From the NCBI GenBank assembly GCA_963751345.1, contig CAVVUS010000030.1, positions 256,001-320,000 of the forward strand: a stretch of 64,000 nt of DNA, written 5' to 3'. The DNA comes from an uncultured Chloroflexia bacterium (GTDB lineage: Bacteria > Chloroflexota > Anaerolineae > B4-G1 > SLSP01). Positions 9,968-21,327 of the stretch are shown one piece after another. The position numbers and the translations under genes were made by a program. The notes beneath the pieces are model-generated. The model was not told where the DNA came from. It saw nothing but the letters and a program-made list of their open reading frames with translations, and did no database searches. Every line of letters starts with the position of its first letter. Within the stretch, counting starts at the first letter, position 1.

Positions 9968-11311
9968 CTACGGATAGACGCGGTTGATGGTCCGGGGGTA
10001 GGGGATGGTCTCGCGGATGTGGTCGATGCCGCAGAGCCAGGTGACGGTGCGCTCGACGCCCAGCCCGAAGCCACTGTGGGGCACGCTGCCGTACCGGCGC
10101 AGGTCGATGTACCAGCGGAAGGCCTCCTCAGGGAGGTTGTGCTCGTGGATGCGCTCGAGCAGCAGGTCGGGATCGGAGATACGCTCGCTGCCCCCGATGA
10201 TCTCGCCATAGCCCTCGGGCGCCAGCAGGTCGACGCTCTTGCAGACTTCGGGGCGGCCGGGCCAGGGCTCCATGTAGAAGGCCTTGGCTACCGTGGGATA
10301 GCCGTAGACGAAGACGGGTTTGTCGAAGAGCTGGGTCAGCTCGGTCTCGTGCGGCGAGCCGAAGTCGTCGCCCCACTCGATGGCGAGCTGTGCCTTGAGT
10401 TCGGGGTCGCCGGTCCGGGCGCGAATCTCGGCCAGTTTGGCCAGGGCATCGTCGTAGGAGATCCGCGGGAAGGGCGGCGTGATCTTCTCCAGGACGGAGA
10501 GGTCGCGCCCCAACGAGAGCAGCTCGGCCCGGCAGTCACGGAGCACCCGCGCGACGATGTGGGAGATGAACTGCTCCTCGATCTCCATCAGCCCGTCGAG
10601 GTCGCAGAAGGCCACCTCGGGCTCCACCATCCAGAACTCGGTCAGGTGGCGCCGGGTCTTGGATTTCTCCGCACGGAAGGTGGGGCCGAAGCAGTAGACC
10701 TTGCCGAAGGCGAAGATGTCGGCCTCGTTGTAGAGCTGGCCGCTCTGCGAGAGGTAGGCCATGCCTTCGTCGAAGTACTCGGTGCCGAAGAGCGTGGTGG
10801 TGCCCTCGCTGGCTGCGGGGGTGAAGATCGGCGTGTCCATGAGCGTGAAGCCGTTGGTGTCCAGCCACTCGCGGATGGCGCTGATCACCGTGGCCCGGAT
10901 CTTGAGGATCGCCCATTGGCTGGGGACGCGGATCCAGAGGTGGCGGTGGTCGAGCAGGAAGTCGACACCGTGCTCCTTGAGCGAGATGGGATACTCGCCT
11001 TCGACGGCCTGGATCGTCTCCAGACCCGTGATCCCGATCTCGTAGCCGCCGGGGATGCCCGGCGCCCGCTTGTCGGCCCGCACGACGCCGGAGATCAGGA
11101 CCGAGGACTCCTGGGGGATGTGGACGATGGTGTCGAAGAGCTCCGGCGGCAGGTCGCGCTCGAACGCGACGCACTGGACGAAGCCGTAGCCGTCGCGGAC
11201 CAGGAGGAAGACCAGCTTCCCCTTATGGGTGCGGTTGTAGACCCACCCCTGGAGGGTGACTTCCTGTCCGTCGTACTCAGCAATCCGATTTGCCTGAATC
11301 ACAGGTGGCAT
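9968..11311 (-). CDS. asnS: Asparagine--tRNA ligase
   Basis: N-terminal OB fold; YLSQSGQLY, FRAEKSKTRRHLTEFWMVEPE, GEIIGGSER, HSGFGLGVER. Confidence 0.95.
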   Translation of the reverse strand: MPPVIQANRIAEYDGQEVTLQGWVYNRTHKGKLVFLLVRDGYGFVQCVAFERDLPPELFDTIVHIPQESSVLISGVVRADKRAPGIPGGYEIGITGLETIQAVEGEYPISLKEHGVDFLLDHRHLWIRVPSQWAILKIRATVISAIREWLDTNGFTLMDTPIFTPAASEGTTTLFGTEYFDEGMAYLSQSGQLYNEADIFAFGKVYCFGPTFRAEKSKTRRHLTEFWMVEPEVAFCDLDGLMEIEEQFISHIVARVLRDCRAELLSLGRDLSVLEKITPPFPRISYDDALAKLAEIRARTGDPELKAQLAIEWGDDFGSPHETELTQLFDKPVFVYGYPTVAKAFYMEPWPGRPEVCKSVDLLAPEGYGEIIGGSERISDPDLLLERIHEHNLPEEAFRWYIDLRRYGSVPHSGFGLGVERTVTWLCGIDHIRETIPYPRTINRVYP

Positions 11312-11458
11312 TCCCGGCCTCCTTTGGGACGATGTGAGCCGCAGCGGCTGCCCAGACGGGCCACCACTGGTGCTAAGTTGCGCTGGTTTCCGCGATTTGC
11401 GACCCGGAGCCGGCCCGAGTCGTGAGTGGCTCGTGCGGCATCTCCTCCCAACAGGACT

Positions 11459-11487
11459 CAGATCCTTCGCTGACGCTCAGGCTGACA
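11459..11487. repeat. Intergenic AGATCCTTCGCT..GCTCAGG.TGACA-type repeat element
   Basis: Resembles a widespread extragenic palindromic repeat; single copy here, recognised from memory. Confidence 0.4.
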
Positions 11488-11508
11488 GCTTTCGGAAACC
11501 AAGTTGGT

Positions 11509-12189
11509 CTAGCCCTCGTCCGGCAGGCCCTCCGGCTCAGGTGTGTGGTTGTGTTGGCTGCGCTTGCGCCAACGGCTGAAGAAGAAATAGACGACCGCCA
11601 ACACGGTCACCACGATCACGACGTTCTGATAGCGATCGATGATGTCCGCGACCAGGTGCCACTGGGAGCCCAGCAGCCGCCCGGCATAGGCCAGCAGGAA
11701 GCTCCAGAGCGCGGTCCCCAACGCGGTGTAGAACGCAAAGGTGCCGATGTTCATGCTCGCGAGACCTGCGGGCACGGAGATCAGGCTCCGGATGATCGGG
11801 ACCATGCGTCCGAAGAAGATGACGTATTCGTCGTAGCGATCGAACCAGGCCAGGGCGATGTCGAGATCGCCCTCCGAGAGCATGAACCACTTGCCGAAGC
11901 GCCGCAGGAGGTAGCGGACGCGGCTCTCGTCAAACCACTTGCCGAGCCCATAGAAGAAGAAGGCACCGGCGACCGAGCCGATGGCGCCCACGATGGTCAC
12001 GCCCAGGAGCGTGAAGCCGCTCGTCTTGTCCAGCGTCAACCAACCGGCGAGGGGCAGCACGACCTCCGAGGGGATGGGAGGGAAGACGTTTTCGAGGAAC
12101 ATCACCAGGCCCAGGCCCGGATAGCCCACCGTGCTGATGATGCTGAGTGCCCATTGGTTGATCGCGTTCAGGATCTGGGATAGATGCAT
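11509..12189 (-). CDS. DedA family membrane protein
   Basis: ENVFPPIPSEVVLPLAG; FFGRMVPIIRSLISVPAG. Confidence 0.92.
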   Translation of the reverse strand: MHLSQILNAINQWALSIISTVGYPGLGLVMFLENVFPPIPSEVVLPLAGWLTLDKTSGFTLLGVTIVGAIGSVAGAFFFYGLGKWFDESRVRYLLRRFGKWFMLSEGDLDIALAWFDRYDEYVIFFGRMVPIIRSLISVPAGLASMNIGTFAFYTALGTALWSFLLAYAGRLLGSQWHLVADIIDRYQNVVIVVTVLAVVYFFFSRWRKRSQHNHTPEPEGLPDEG

Positions 12190-12286
12190 ACATCTCTCCG
12201 AATCGGGTAGTGTGAGGGGGATTATACCACGGCGTGGGGAGGGGGCAGGTCTTCAGAAGGGAGTCAGGCTTCAGGAAGTCAGGGAG

Positions 12287-13662
12287 TCAGGGGGCGTATC
12301 CCAGTTCTACTCCGTATTCCCGACGTCTGGAAGCTGAGCGCTGAGCGCTGATAGCTCTCCTATACGCCTTCTCGGCGACCGCTGCGAGATCGCTCCACGC
12401 GAAGCGAGCGGCCACGTCGGTCGCGGCCTGCGCCCGCATGCGCGCGAGGCGGTCGGGGTCGGCGAGGAGGGTCAGGACGGCCCGGATGAAGGCCGCGTCG
12501 TCGCCCGGGGGGACGAGCGCGCCGGTCTCGCCGTCGACGATCATCTCGGGGATCTGCCCCACGGCGTCGGCGACCACGGGGACGCCGGCCCCGAGGAGGT
12601 CGAGCAGTTTCACGGGGCACTTGGTGCGGTTGAGCAGGGTATCGTCGAAGGGATAGATGGCGAGGTCGGCGGCGGAGAAGCAGGCGGGGAGGTTGTCCGG
12701 CGTCCCCCAGCCGGCGTAGGCCAGGTCCCAACCGGCGGACGCGGAGGGAGCACTCTCTGCGCACCCCACTCGATGCCGGCAAGGGACCGGCTCCGGCATC
12801 TCGAGGGGGGCGGATCACAGATCCGCCAGGAACCTCATCCAATAGCGCTCCGTTTTCACGAAGGCCGGGATCGCGGGCGCGCCAGCCGGCGTCTTGCGCC
12901 AGCCGGAGGAGCAGTGACTCCTCGCCGGCGAAGCCCTTCCCGACGACGAGAAAGCGGACTTCGGGACGCTGTCCGCGAACGCCGTGCATGATGCGCCAGA
13001 GGCGGTCGAGGCCGAACTCGAAGAACCGCGTGTAGAGGAGGACCGTCGGACGGCCGGCGGCGTGCGGCGGGACGGCAAACGGAAGCGGGCTCACGCCGTT
13101 GGGCAGATAGAAGACCCGCTCGGGCGGCCCTCCCATCGACCACGCCAGCGTCTGCAGCGCGCGGCTCGCGACGGTCACCGCGTCGGCGTGCGCGAGGCCC
13201 CAGCGCTCCTGCCGGGTAAAGAAGGCCTGAAGTGCGCCGAGGATAGTCCCCGACGGCATTCCAGCCACCGGGGCCCTCCCAGTCGTCGGTGTCCACAACC
13301 ACAGGGTAGCGGCGCCTCAGCGCCCGATGGGCGAGGCCGGCGTAGGCTTTGGGCTTGAAGGTATGGACGACGTCGGGCACAAGTTGGCGCGCCCGGCGCA
13401 CGAGGTGCGCCGTCAGACGCCAGTGGAACCAGCCGGGCACGCCGCGAGGGAGCGCCACGTTCTCGATGTGGACGCCCTCCTCCTCCCACGTGCGTCCGGC
13501 GTCCTCGGGGTTCTGCCACGGCGGGAGCAGCATCGTGACTTGGTGCCCACGCGCCGCGAGCGCGGTGGCCAACGGCAGGGCGCGCATGCGCATCGTCATC
13601 CGCGGGCGCATGCCAAAGGGGCCGATCATGACGACCCGCAGGGCCGCGGGAGAAAGGGTCAC
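12287..13662 (-). CDS. GT4 glycosyltransferase, frameshifted near 13235 and 12740-12880
   Basis: N-term LRVVMIGPF..RALPLATALAARGHQV; C-term KCPVKLLDLLGAGVPVVADAVG..DGETGALVPPGD; GTG at 13662 overlaps a TGA. Confidence 0.75.
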
Positions 13663-14415
13663 GTGGGGGGGCTCGGCTCCGGAGGTGCCGCCGCAGACGG
13701 CGATACCTCTGGAGCTTGGCAGTCCGCCGCTGCGCGGCGGACTGCTGCTGCTATGGTTATCCGCAGACTGCCGGGCGTCTGCGGCCGCCCGATCCGCCAC
13801 CGGCCGGAAGCTTCGGCGGTGGATGGCGCAGATGCCCAGACGGTCAAGGGCCTCCTGATGCTGCGCCGTGCCGTAGCCCTTGTGCTGTGCAAAACCATAG
13901 CCGGGGAAGCGCTGCTCGGCGGTCGCCACCATCCAGCGGTCGCGCGTCACCTTCGCGACGATCCCCGCGGCGGCGACGGTGAGCGAGGTCGCGTCGGCGC
14001 GGGGAAAGGCGTTCTGCGGCAGGTCCACCTGGGGCAGCCTCAACGCGTCCAGGATCAGGGCCTGGGGACGGATGGCCAGTGCAGCGAGCGCCCGCCGCAT
14101 CGCCAGCCGGGTCGCGGGCACGATCCCGAGCGCGTCGATCTCCGCAGCGGTGGCAAAGGCGGCGCCTGTCGCAAGCGCGGTCTGTGCGATCCGGTCGAAG
14201 CAGCGCTCGCGCTGCCGCAGGCTCAAGGTCTTGGAGTCGCGCACGCCCTCCAGGTCCGCCAGGCGCGCGGGGTCCCGCGGGAGCACGACGGCGGCGGCGC
14301 AGACCGGGCCGGCCCACGGCCCGCGTCCCGCCTCATCCAGGCCGGCGACGACCGACAGACCCGCGCGCCAGAAAGCTTCCTCGGCAGCGGTGGTGGGGAT
14401 CGGGTAAGCATTCAT
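13659..14415 (-). CDS. rnhB: Ribonuclease HII
   Basis: GLDEAGRGPWAGPV, RDSK, AKVTRD, HKGYGT, HRRSF; 3' end uncertain. Confidence 0.9.
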
Positions 14416-14633
14416 ACGGTCACGTATTGTGCCACGGACGTGCGGATTGCCAATTGGGGGCGGGGGGGATGGGGCACAAGTGCCGGGGACCCCGCGCCGC
14501 AGACGGCGCGGAAGGATCCCCGGCACCGGAGAGGGGGGATGGGCATTGAGAAGGTTGCGTTTCACCTGGAGTTGTTTATACTGTTTGTATACCTTTTCCA
14601 GCACCTCGGGAGGGGAAGGAGCGGGAGGCCACC

Positions 14634-15960
14634 ATGGAGTTTCTTGACGATCTGCGCAATCAGCACGGTTCCAAACCCCAGCCAGAGGACGACAAACCTG
14701 ACACAAAGGCCTCAGATACCCAAGCTCCCGCAGACGAGGACGCCTGGGGCGATCTGCTGGCCGGCGTGAAGTTTGAGGAACCGACTGAGACGTCACCGGC
14801 CATCAAGGGCCAAGGGCGCGGAGGCCGACGACGGCTCAACGGGGGGCAACGGATCCTCCTGGGGATCCTGGCCGTGGCAGTGCTCGTGCTCTGGGGCGTC
14901 GTGATCGTGGCGATGACGGGGGGGCTGCCCGCCTCGGTCGCCGGATTGATATCAGCCCCAGGTGCGACACCCACCGTCCGCCGTCTCCCCGGCAGATGCC
15001 ACGCCCATCGCTGCGGAGAGCGAAGCGCCTACACCGGCCGCCGTCGCGGGAACGACCGGGGACGATGCAACGCCGGCGCCACCGACGGCGACCGCCACCG
15101 CCATACCCGCCGGTCCCGTCGCGACGGCCTTTGACGAGCGGCTGCGACAGGATCCCACCAACGTCGACCTGTACCTCCAGCGAGGATACGAGTTTCTGGG
15201 TCTCGGAGCGCTCGACGCCGCCGCCGATGACTTCGAGCGGGGCATAGCGTTGGATGCGGAGCGCGCCGAGGCCTATGAGGGGCTGGGCTGGGCCCGCTAC
15301 GACCAATTCCGCTGGCAGGACGCGGAGGACGCCTTTGGGTCTGCCCTCTCCTTCAATGAGGATCTGCCCACGCCACACTTCGGCCTGGGGTTGATGGCTT
15401 ATTATCGGGGAGACTACAAGACTGCCGCCAAAGCATTCGATTGGGCCGCAGAGCTCGATCGGCAGCACGCGGAATATGAGGCCTGGCTGGCCATCGCCTC
15501 GGCCCGCCTCGGGGACGAGCAAGAGGCCCTGGGTGCCGTCGCGCGGGCGATCAGCCTTACCGAGCAACTCAACATCGTCTACGTCGCCCAATCCTGGACA
15601 CGCGTCATCGAGGAGCCACCCGACATCGACGGGGCGCAGGGCGACCTGCTCTATGCCCAGGATCTGGAGCCTAACAATTTCCTAACCCTCAATGCCATCG
15701 CTCAGTTCTATCTCCAGTTCCGACCGGAGCGACTCAGCGAGGCCGAGCAGTTGGCGACTTATGCCCTAAACTGGGCAGCCAACGACGTAGAGAAAGCGGT
15801 CGCCCTCCAGACGCTGGGCGAGGTCTATCTGGCACAGAGCCGGATGGGGGACGCGCAGCGGATGCTGGCGGAGGCCGCCGACCTGGCCTCCCAAGATGGG
15901 GAGATCGCCCTGGCGGGGCTGGCGGAGGATCTGGCGCGGGCGGGCGGGGAGATTCCATAG
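14634..15960 (+). CDS. Membrane-anchored TPR protein, frameshifted near 14970
   Basis: TM segment in ORF 14634-15134, P/T/A linker, then TPR repeats in ORF 14962-15960. Confidence 0.75.
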
Positions 15961-16041
15961 GGTAACTCGCATCCGCCGTCGGAAGCGCAACGTCTCCGGA
16001 CGCAGGGGTTTCTACGTCCGAAGTGTACCTTCCGCCGCAGA

Positions 16042-16066
16042 AGACGCCCCACCGGGGCGTCTCTAC
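16042..16066 (-). repeat. GTAG-type REP-like palindrome between convergent genes
   Basis: GTAG-AGACGCCCC-GGT-GGGGCGTCT, near-identical to the 6171-6199 copy. Confidence 0.7.
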
Positions 16067-16096
16067 GAAGATTGCAGACCCGCTGAGGGAACCCCC

Positions 16097-19036
16097 TCAA
16101 TCCGCTGCGGCTTCCGCCTTCTCTCCCTGGAGCCAGTGCTTCAGGTACTGCCCCGTGTAGGATCGTTCGTTTTGCGCGATCAATTCCGGCGGACCCTCTG
16201 CGATGAGCTCGCCCCCTGCATCGCCACCCTCGGGCCCCAGATCGATGATCCAGTCCGAGACCTTGACGACGTCGGGGTTGTGCTCGATCACGATCACCGT
16301 ATTGCCGGTGTCGGCCAGCCGCTGGAGGACCTCGATCAACTTATCGACGTCGGCCGCGTGCAGCCCCACCGTGGGCTCGTCGAGCAGGTAGAGCGTCTTG
16401 CCGGTCGGGCGCTTGGAGAGCTCCCGCGCCAGCTTGACACGCTGCGCCTCGCCGCCGGAGAGCGTGGGCGCCGGCTGTCCCAGCCGGATGTAGCCCAGGC
16501 CGACGTCGTAGAGGGTCTGCAGCCGACGCGTGATGTTGGGCACGGACGCGAAGAACTCCAGCGCCTCGGTCACGGTCATGTCCAGGATCTCGGCAATGTT
16601 GAGACCCTTATAGCGGACCTGCAGGGTCTCGCGGTTGTAGCGCTGCCCGTGACAGACGTCACACGGGACGTACACCTCGGGCAAGAACTGCATCTCGATC
16701 CTCAGCTCCCCCTGCCCGCCACACGCCTCACAGCGACCGCCCTTGACGTTGAATGAGAACCGCCCCCGATTGTACCCGCGGATCTTGGACTCGGGCAGCT
16801 TGGCAAAGATATCCCGAATCGGGCCGAAGATGCCGGTATAGGTCGCGGGGTTCGAGCGCGGGGTGCGGCCGATCGGCGACTGATCGATATTGATCACCTT
16901 GTCGATGTAGTCGTGGCCCTCGATCGCGTCGCACTCTCCGGCGGGCTCGCGGGAACCATTGAGGATCTGCGCCAGCCGCTGATAGAGCGTCTCGACCATC
17001 AAGGTGCTCTTGCCCGAGCCCGACACACCGGTCACGCAGACGAAGAGCCCCAGCGGCAGGCGGACGTCGATGTTCTTCAGATTGTTGGCCCGCGCCCCCC
17101 GAATCACCAGGGCCTTGCCGTTGCCCTTGCGGCGCTCAGCCGGCACCGGAATCGACTTGCGCCCGGAGAGATAGGCGCCCGTGTGGGAGGTCGGATGGTT
17201 GAGGATCACGTCGAGCGGTCCGGAGACGACGACCTCGCCACCGTGCTCACCGGCCCCCGGGCCAAGATCGACGATCCAATCCGCTGCGCGGATCGTCTCC
17301 TCATCGTGCTCGACGACGAGGACCGTATTGCCCAGGTCCCGCATCTCCTTGAGCGTCCGAATCAGCCGCGCGGTATCACGCTGATGCAGGCCAACGCTCG
17401 GCTCGTCCAGCACGTAGAGCACGCCGGTCAATCGCGAGCCGACCTGGGTCGCCAGCCGGATCCGCTGCGCCTCGCCCCCGGAGAGGGTGCCCGCGGCTCG
17501 ACTCAGGCTCAGGTAATCCAGTCCCACGTTGACCAGGAAGGTCAACCGGTTGCGGATTTCCTTCAGCGCCCGCTCGGAAATCGCGTATTCCTTGGCACTC
17601 AAGAGCGGCGTCGTCTCCGGCGTGGGGTCCTCGCGGCTGTCGATCAACAGATCCATCCACGCCTGCAGCCGCGCCACGGGCCAGCGGGTCAGCTCGTCGA
17701 CCGGCTTCTCGGCCACGGTCACGGCGCGCGCCACGTCGTTGAGCCGCGTGCCCTGGCATGCCTTGCACGGCGTCTGGCTCATCACCTCCTCAATCTTGGC
17801 GCGCACGTAGTCCGAGGAGCTCTCATCGTAGCGGCGCTGGAGGCTCGGGATCACGCCATCGAAGCGGCGGAGGCCCGACCAGACGCCCCGGTTCGTCTCA
17901 TAGGAGAGGGGGATCTGCTCGCGCCCGGTGCCGTAGAGAATGATGTGCTGCTGGGCCTCGCTCAACTCGCCCCAGGGCTTATCCATCGCGATGCCGTAGT
18001 GCTCGGCCACGCCTTTCAGGACCTGCCAGGAAGCGCTATCGTGATCGTCGGTCATCCCGTAGGCAATCGCGTCATCCTTCAGCGAGTGCAGCTCATTGGG
18101 CACGATCAAGGCCGGGTCCAGCTCAAGCTTGAACCCCAACCCCTCGCAGACGGGGCAGGCGCCGTGCGGGCTGTTGAAGGAGAAGGAGCGTGGCTCGATC
18201 TCGGGGATGCTGATGTTGCACACGGGGCACGAGAGCCGCTCGGAGAAGAGCACGTCGCCCTCGGGCTGCGCTGCGGCATCCGGCGAGCGCACGATGTTCA
18301 CGATCATGACGCCGTCGCCCAGACGCAGGGAGGTCTCGACCGAGTCCGTGACCCGGCTCACGAAGTCAGAGTAGAGCTCTCCCCCTACCTCAGCAGGGCC
18401 CGGCACCACCAGACGGTCCACGACCGCCTCAATGTCGTGCAGCTTGTAGCGATCGAGCTCGGGCACATCCTCCAGATCGAAGACCTCGCCGTCGACGCGC
18501 ACCCGCACGAAACCCAACTTGCGGGCCTCCTCGAAGATGGGGCGATGGTGGCCCTTCCGCGTCCGGACCAGCGGCGCCAATACCTGCAGCCGGGTGGCGG
18601 CGGGCATCGCCAGGATGGCATCCACGATCTCCTGGGCGCTCTGCTGGGTCACCGGGCGGCCGCAGTTGGGACAGTGGGGGATGCCGATCCGCGCGTAGAT
18701 AAGGCGCAGATAGTCGTAGATCTCGGTGACGGTGCCGACAGTCGAGCGGGGGTTGTGGGAGACGCCCTTCTGGTCGATGGCGATGGCCGGGCTGAGCCCC
18801 TCGATGAGCTCGACGTCGGGCTTGTTCATCTGTCCGAGGAACTGACGCGCGTAGGCGCTCAGGGATTCGATGTAGCGGCGCTGACCCTCGGCGAAGATTG
18901 TGTCGAATGCCAGGGACGACTTCCCCGACCCCGACAAGCCGGTGATGACCACGAGCTTATTCTTCGGGATCTCTACATTGATATTCTTCAGATTATGTTC
19001 CCGCGCCCCGCGGATAATCAGTTCGTCACTCGCCAT
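16097..19036 (-). CDS. uvrA: Excinuclease ABC subunit A
   Basis: Two Walker A motifs ([16 protein letters not shown]), LSGGEAQR twice, zinc-finger CxxC motifs. Confidence 0.98.
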   Translation of the reverse strand: MASDELIIRGAREHNLKNINVEIPKNKLVVITGLSGSGKSSLAFDTIFAEGQRRYIESLSAYARQFLGQMNKPDVELIEGLSPAIAIDQKGVSHNPRSTVGTVTEIYDYLRLIYARIGIPHCPNCGRPVTQQSAQEIVDAILAMPAATRLQVLAPLVRTRKGHHRPIFEEARKLGFVRVRVDGEVFDLEDVPELDRYKLHDIEAVVDRLVVPGPAEVGGELYSDFVSRVTDSVETSLRLGDGVMIVNIVRSPDAAAQPEGDVLFSERLSCPVCNISIPEIEPRSFSFNSPHGACPVCEGLGFKLELDPALIVPNELHSLKDDAIAYGMTDDHDSASWQVLKGVAEHYGIAMDKPWGELSEAQQHIILYGTGREQIPLSYETNRGVWSGLRRFDGVIPSLQRRYDESSSDYVRAKIEEVMSQTPCKACQGTRLNDVARAVTVAEKPVDELTRWPVARLQAWMDLLIDSREDPTPETTPLLSAKEYAISERALKEIRNRLTFLVNVGLDYLSLSRAAGTLSGGEAQRIRLATQVGSRLTGVLYVLDEPSVGLHQRDTARLIRTLKEMRDLGNTVLVVEHDEETIRAADWIVDLGPGAGEHGGEVVVSGPLDVILNHPTSHTGAYLSGRKSIPVPAERRKGNGKALVIRGARANNLKNIDVRLPLGLFVCVTGVSGSGKSTLMVETLYQRLAQILNGSREPAGECDAIEGHDYIDKVINIDQSPIGRTPRSNPATYTGIFGPIRDIFAKLPESKIRGYNRGRFSFNVKGGRCEACGGQGELRIEMQFLPEVYVPCDVCHGQRYNRETLQVRYKGLNIAEILDMTVTEALEFFASVPNITRRLQTLYDVGLGYIRLGQPAPTLSGGEAQRVKLARELSKRPTGKTLYLLDEPTVGLHAADVDKLIEVLQRLADTGNTVIVIEHNPDVVKVSDWIIDLGPEGGDAGGELIAEGPPELIAQNERSYTGQYLKHWLQGEKAEAAAD

Positions 19037-19078
19037 ACTCCCCCCTATGCGCCCCTATACACCAGACTGCAACCCTGT

Positions 19079-19120
19079 ATTATAGCATGGTTTTGGCCCC
19101 TCACTAGGTACAAATGTTCT
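19079..19120 (-). promoter_or_regulatory. uvrA -10 element and LexA (SOS) box
   Basis: Minus strand AGAAC-ATTT-GTACC (19107-19120) upstream of TATAAT (19079-19084). Confidence 0.75.
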
Positions 19121-19173
19121 ATTCGAACAGTGAGAGGCGATCGTGATGGACGATCATGGCATAAGGCCAAGCG

Positions 19174-19201
19174 TTGACTTGCCCTTCCTTCATGGTATCA
19201 T
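19174..19201 (+). promoter_or_regulatory. Sigma70-type promoter of the hrcA operon
   Basis: TTGACT-N16-TATCAT with extended -10 TG. Confidence 0.6.
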
Positions 19202-19216
19202 TCTTTAAGAAGGTCT

Positions 19217-19243
19217 TTAGCACTCTTAATTCGAGAGTGCTAA
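19217..19243 (+). promoter_or_regulatory. CIRCE element (HrcA operator)
   Basis: Perfect TTAGCACTC-N9-GAGTGCTAA upstream of hrcA. Confidence 0.97.
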
Positions 19244-19391
19244 TCTTCGCAGGGACCGGTCTTTCCTCGTGGTTTGCCCCTATTTTGTGGGCCATGGCGC
19301 GCGGGGAGGAGCGGCCGGGACGGTGACGGTGCGCGCACGATTCGCGAGTAAAATACGGATGGTTACTTGGTACCGGTAGGGTGAGATAGAA

Positions 19392-20504
19392 ATGGTAGAC
19401 CAGCAACAGCTTTCGCCGCGACAAGAGATGCTGCTCCGACTGATCGTCAAGGAGTATGTGGAGACGGCCGGCACGGTCGCGTCACGGACGCTTGTCGAGC
19501 ACTACGATCTGGGAGTCAGCCCGGCAACGGTGCGCAACGATATGGCGCGCCTCGAGGACCTCGGCTACCTACTCCAACCCCATACCTCGGCGGGTCGCGT
19601 CCCCACAGATCAGGGCTTTCGTTACTTCGTCGAGCGCCTGATGGAGGAACGATCTCTGCCGCAGACCGAACAGCGCACGATCGCCCACCAATTCTACCAG
19701 GCGCGCGACCACATTGAAGAGTGGATGCCGCTGGCCTCTTCCGTGCTCGCCAAGGCGGCGCAGGCGGCCGCGATTCTGACGGCCCCCAGGACGACGGGCT
19801 CGATCTTCAAGCACCTCGAATTGATCGCCACGCACGGGCGCGCGGTGCTTCTCATCCTGGTGATGGAGGGCGGCACCATCGAACAAGAGATGCTCGTCGT
19901 CTCTGAGCCGATGACACAGGCAGCCCTGCGCGACGTGGCCGACCGGCTGAACCAGATCTGTGCCGGATTGGATGTAGCAAAGATCAAGACACGCATGCGC
20001 GAATTCGCACCGTTGGAGACGGACATCGCACGCGTGGTGCTGACCATGATGGCCGACGCGGACGGGGAAGCATCCAGCGAGGTCTACTATTACGGTTTGT
20101 CTGAACTGCTGCAAGCGCCGGAATTCGCGGTCGCCGAGGATGCCTCGACGTCGTTGGTCCGCGTGCTGGAGGAACAGAGTTTGCTCCACGCCGTTTTGTC
20201 CGAAACGCTCACGCCGTCGGTCGGTATCGGCAGCGTGCGGGTGCTGATCGGGGGAGAGGGTCGGTGGGACGAGCTGCGCACCTGCAGCGTCGTGCTGGCA
20301 CGCTACGGCGTCGCCGACTACGCCACCGGGGCCCTCGGCGTTGTGGGACCTATTCGGATGCATTACGGGCGTGCAATTTCTGCCGTTCGCTTCGTCGCGA
20401 GCGTGCTGGGTGACTTGGTCTACGACATCTATCAGCCGGACCTGCCGACCGATTACAAAGTGAGGTCGGCGGATGCGGCCAGGTCCACGTCGGACCGATC
20501 ATGA
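19392..20504 (+). CDS. hrcA: Heat-inducible transcription repressor HrcA
   Basis: SPATVRNDM..LE..GYL.QPHTSAGRVPTD.GFRYFV; GVVGPIRMHY. Confidence 0.97.
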   Translation: MVDQQQLSPRQEMLLRLIVKEYVETAGTVASRTLVEHYDLGVSPATVRNDMARLEDLGYLLQPHTSAGRVPTDQGFRYFVERLMEERSLPQTEQRTIAHQFYQARDHIEEWMPLASSVLAKAAQAAAILTAPRTTGSIFKHLELIATHGRAVLLILVMEGGTIEQEMLVVSEPMTQAALRDVADRLNQICAGLDVAKIKTRMREFAPLETDIARVVLTMMADADGEASSEVYYYGLSELLQAPEFAVAEDASTSLVRVLEEQSLLHAVLSETLTPSVGIGSVRVLIGGEGRWDELRTCSVVLARYGVADYATGALGVVGPIRMHYGRAISAVRFVASVLGDLVYDIYQPDLPTDYKVRSADAARSTSDRS

Positions 20505-20577
20505 GACGTCGCTTGTGCCAAGACCTCCCGCGTATATGACTTCATTGATCAAGGCACTATTTGGAGGCAGAAGGAAG

Positions 20578-21286
20578 ATGACGGAAGAGGAACTCAAGGA
20601 GACGCAGCCTGAAGCCGAGGGCGCTCAGGCGTCGTTGTCGGAGCCTGCAGAGGGGCTGCCGGAAGAAGAAGCGGCGGAGGCTATGGAGGCCGAAGCCGAG
20701 GATGACCTGAAGGCACTGGCGGACGAGCTGGCAGAGGCCGAAACCACTCGCCGAGGCCGAGAAAAAAGCTGCCGAATACCTCGACGGATGGCAGCGCGCC
20801 CAAGCCGCCTTCGCCAATTTTCGAAAGCGGACGGAGGCCGAGCAGACCCACTGGCGCAGCACGGCCAATGCACAGCTCCTGTCGAGACTTCTGCCCGTCG
20901 TCGAAGATTTCAAGCGTGCGTTTGAGGCTATCCCGGACGCCGACAAAGACGACCCCTGGCTGGAGGGCGTTCGCCTGGTGCAGCGGAAGCTCAAGGCAAT
21001 TCTCGACTCGGAAAGCGTCACCCCGATTGAGTTGAGCCCTGGCGACGCCTTCGACCCCAACATTCACGAGGCTGTGCTTTATCAAGAAGTAGAGGGCTTC
21101 GGAGAGGGTGAAGTGGTCGCCGAAGTCGAGACGGGTTATATGCTGGGCAACCGTGTATTGCGGCCAAGTCTGGTCGTGGTTGCGAAAGGGCCCGCGGAAC
21201 CTGCGTCGCCGGCAGAGCCTCCGGCACAGCAGGAAGAGGAGACCGAGGAAAGTACAGAGGCGGCCTCGCCGACCGCGGAGGCATAG
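20578..21286 (+). CDS. grpE: Nucleotide exchange factor GrpE, frameshifted near 20750
   Basis: AAFANFRKR and LLPVVEDF in shifted frame; FDPNIHEAV, GYMLGNRVLRPSLVVV. Confidence 0.9.
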
Positions 21287-21327
21287 CCCTCCGTCCGGAT
21301 AATGATTGAGGGTTACACGGAGCGAAG

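Noticed and set aside
12856-14796. Apparent RNase HII-GT4 fusion ORF
   Set aside because: An alternative frame ends in TGA at 13659 overlapping a GTG at 13662 (GTGA coupling), so one indel explains the fusion; indels are frequent in this sequence.
1813-19177. Long antisense ORFs (e.g. 1813-4008, 9947-11425, 16913-19177)
   Set aside because: Shadow frames of real genes in GC-rich DNA with no recognisable motifs.
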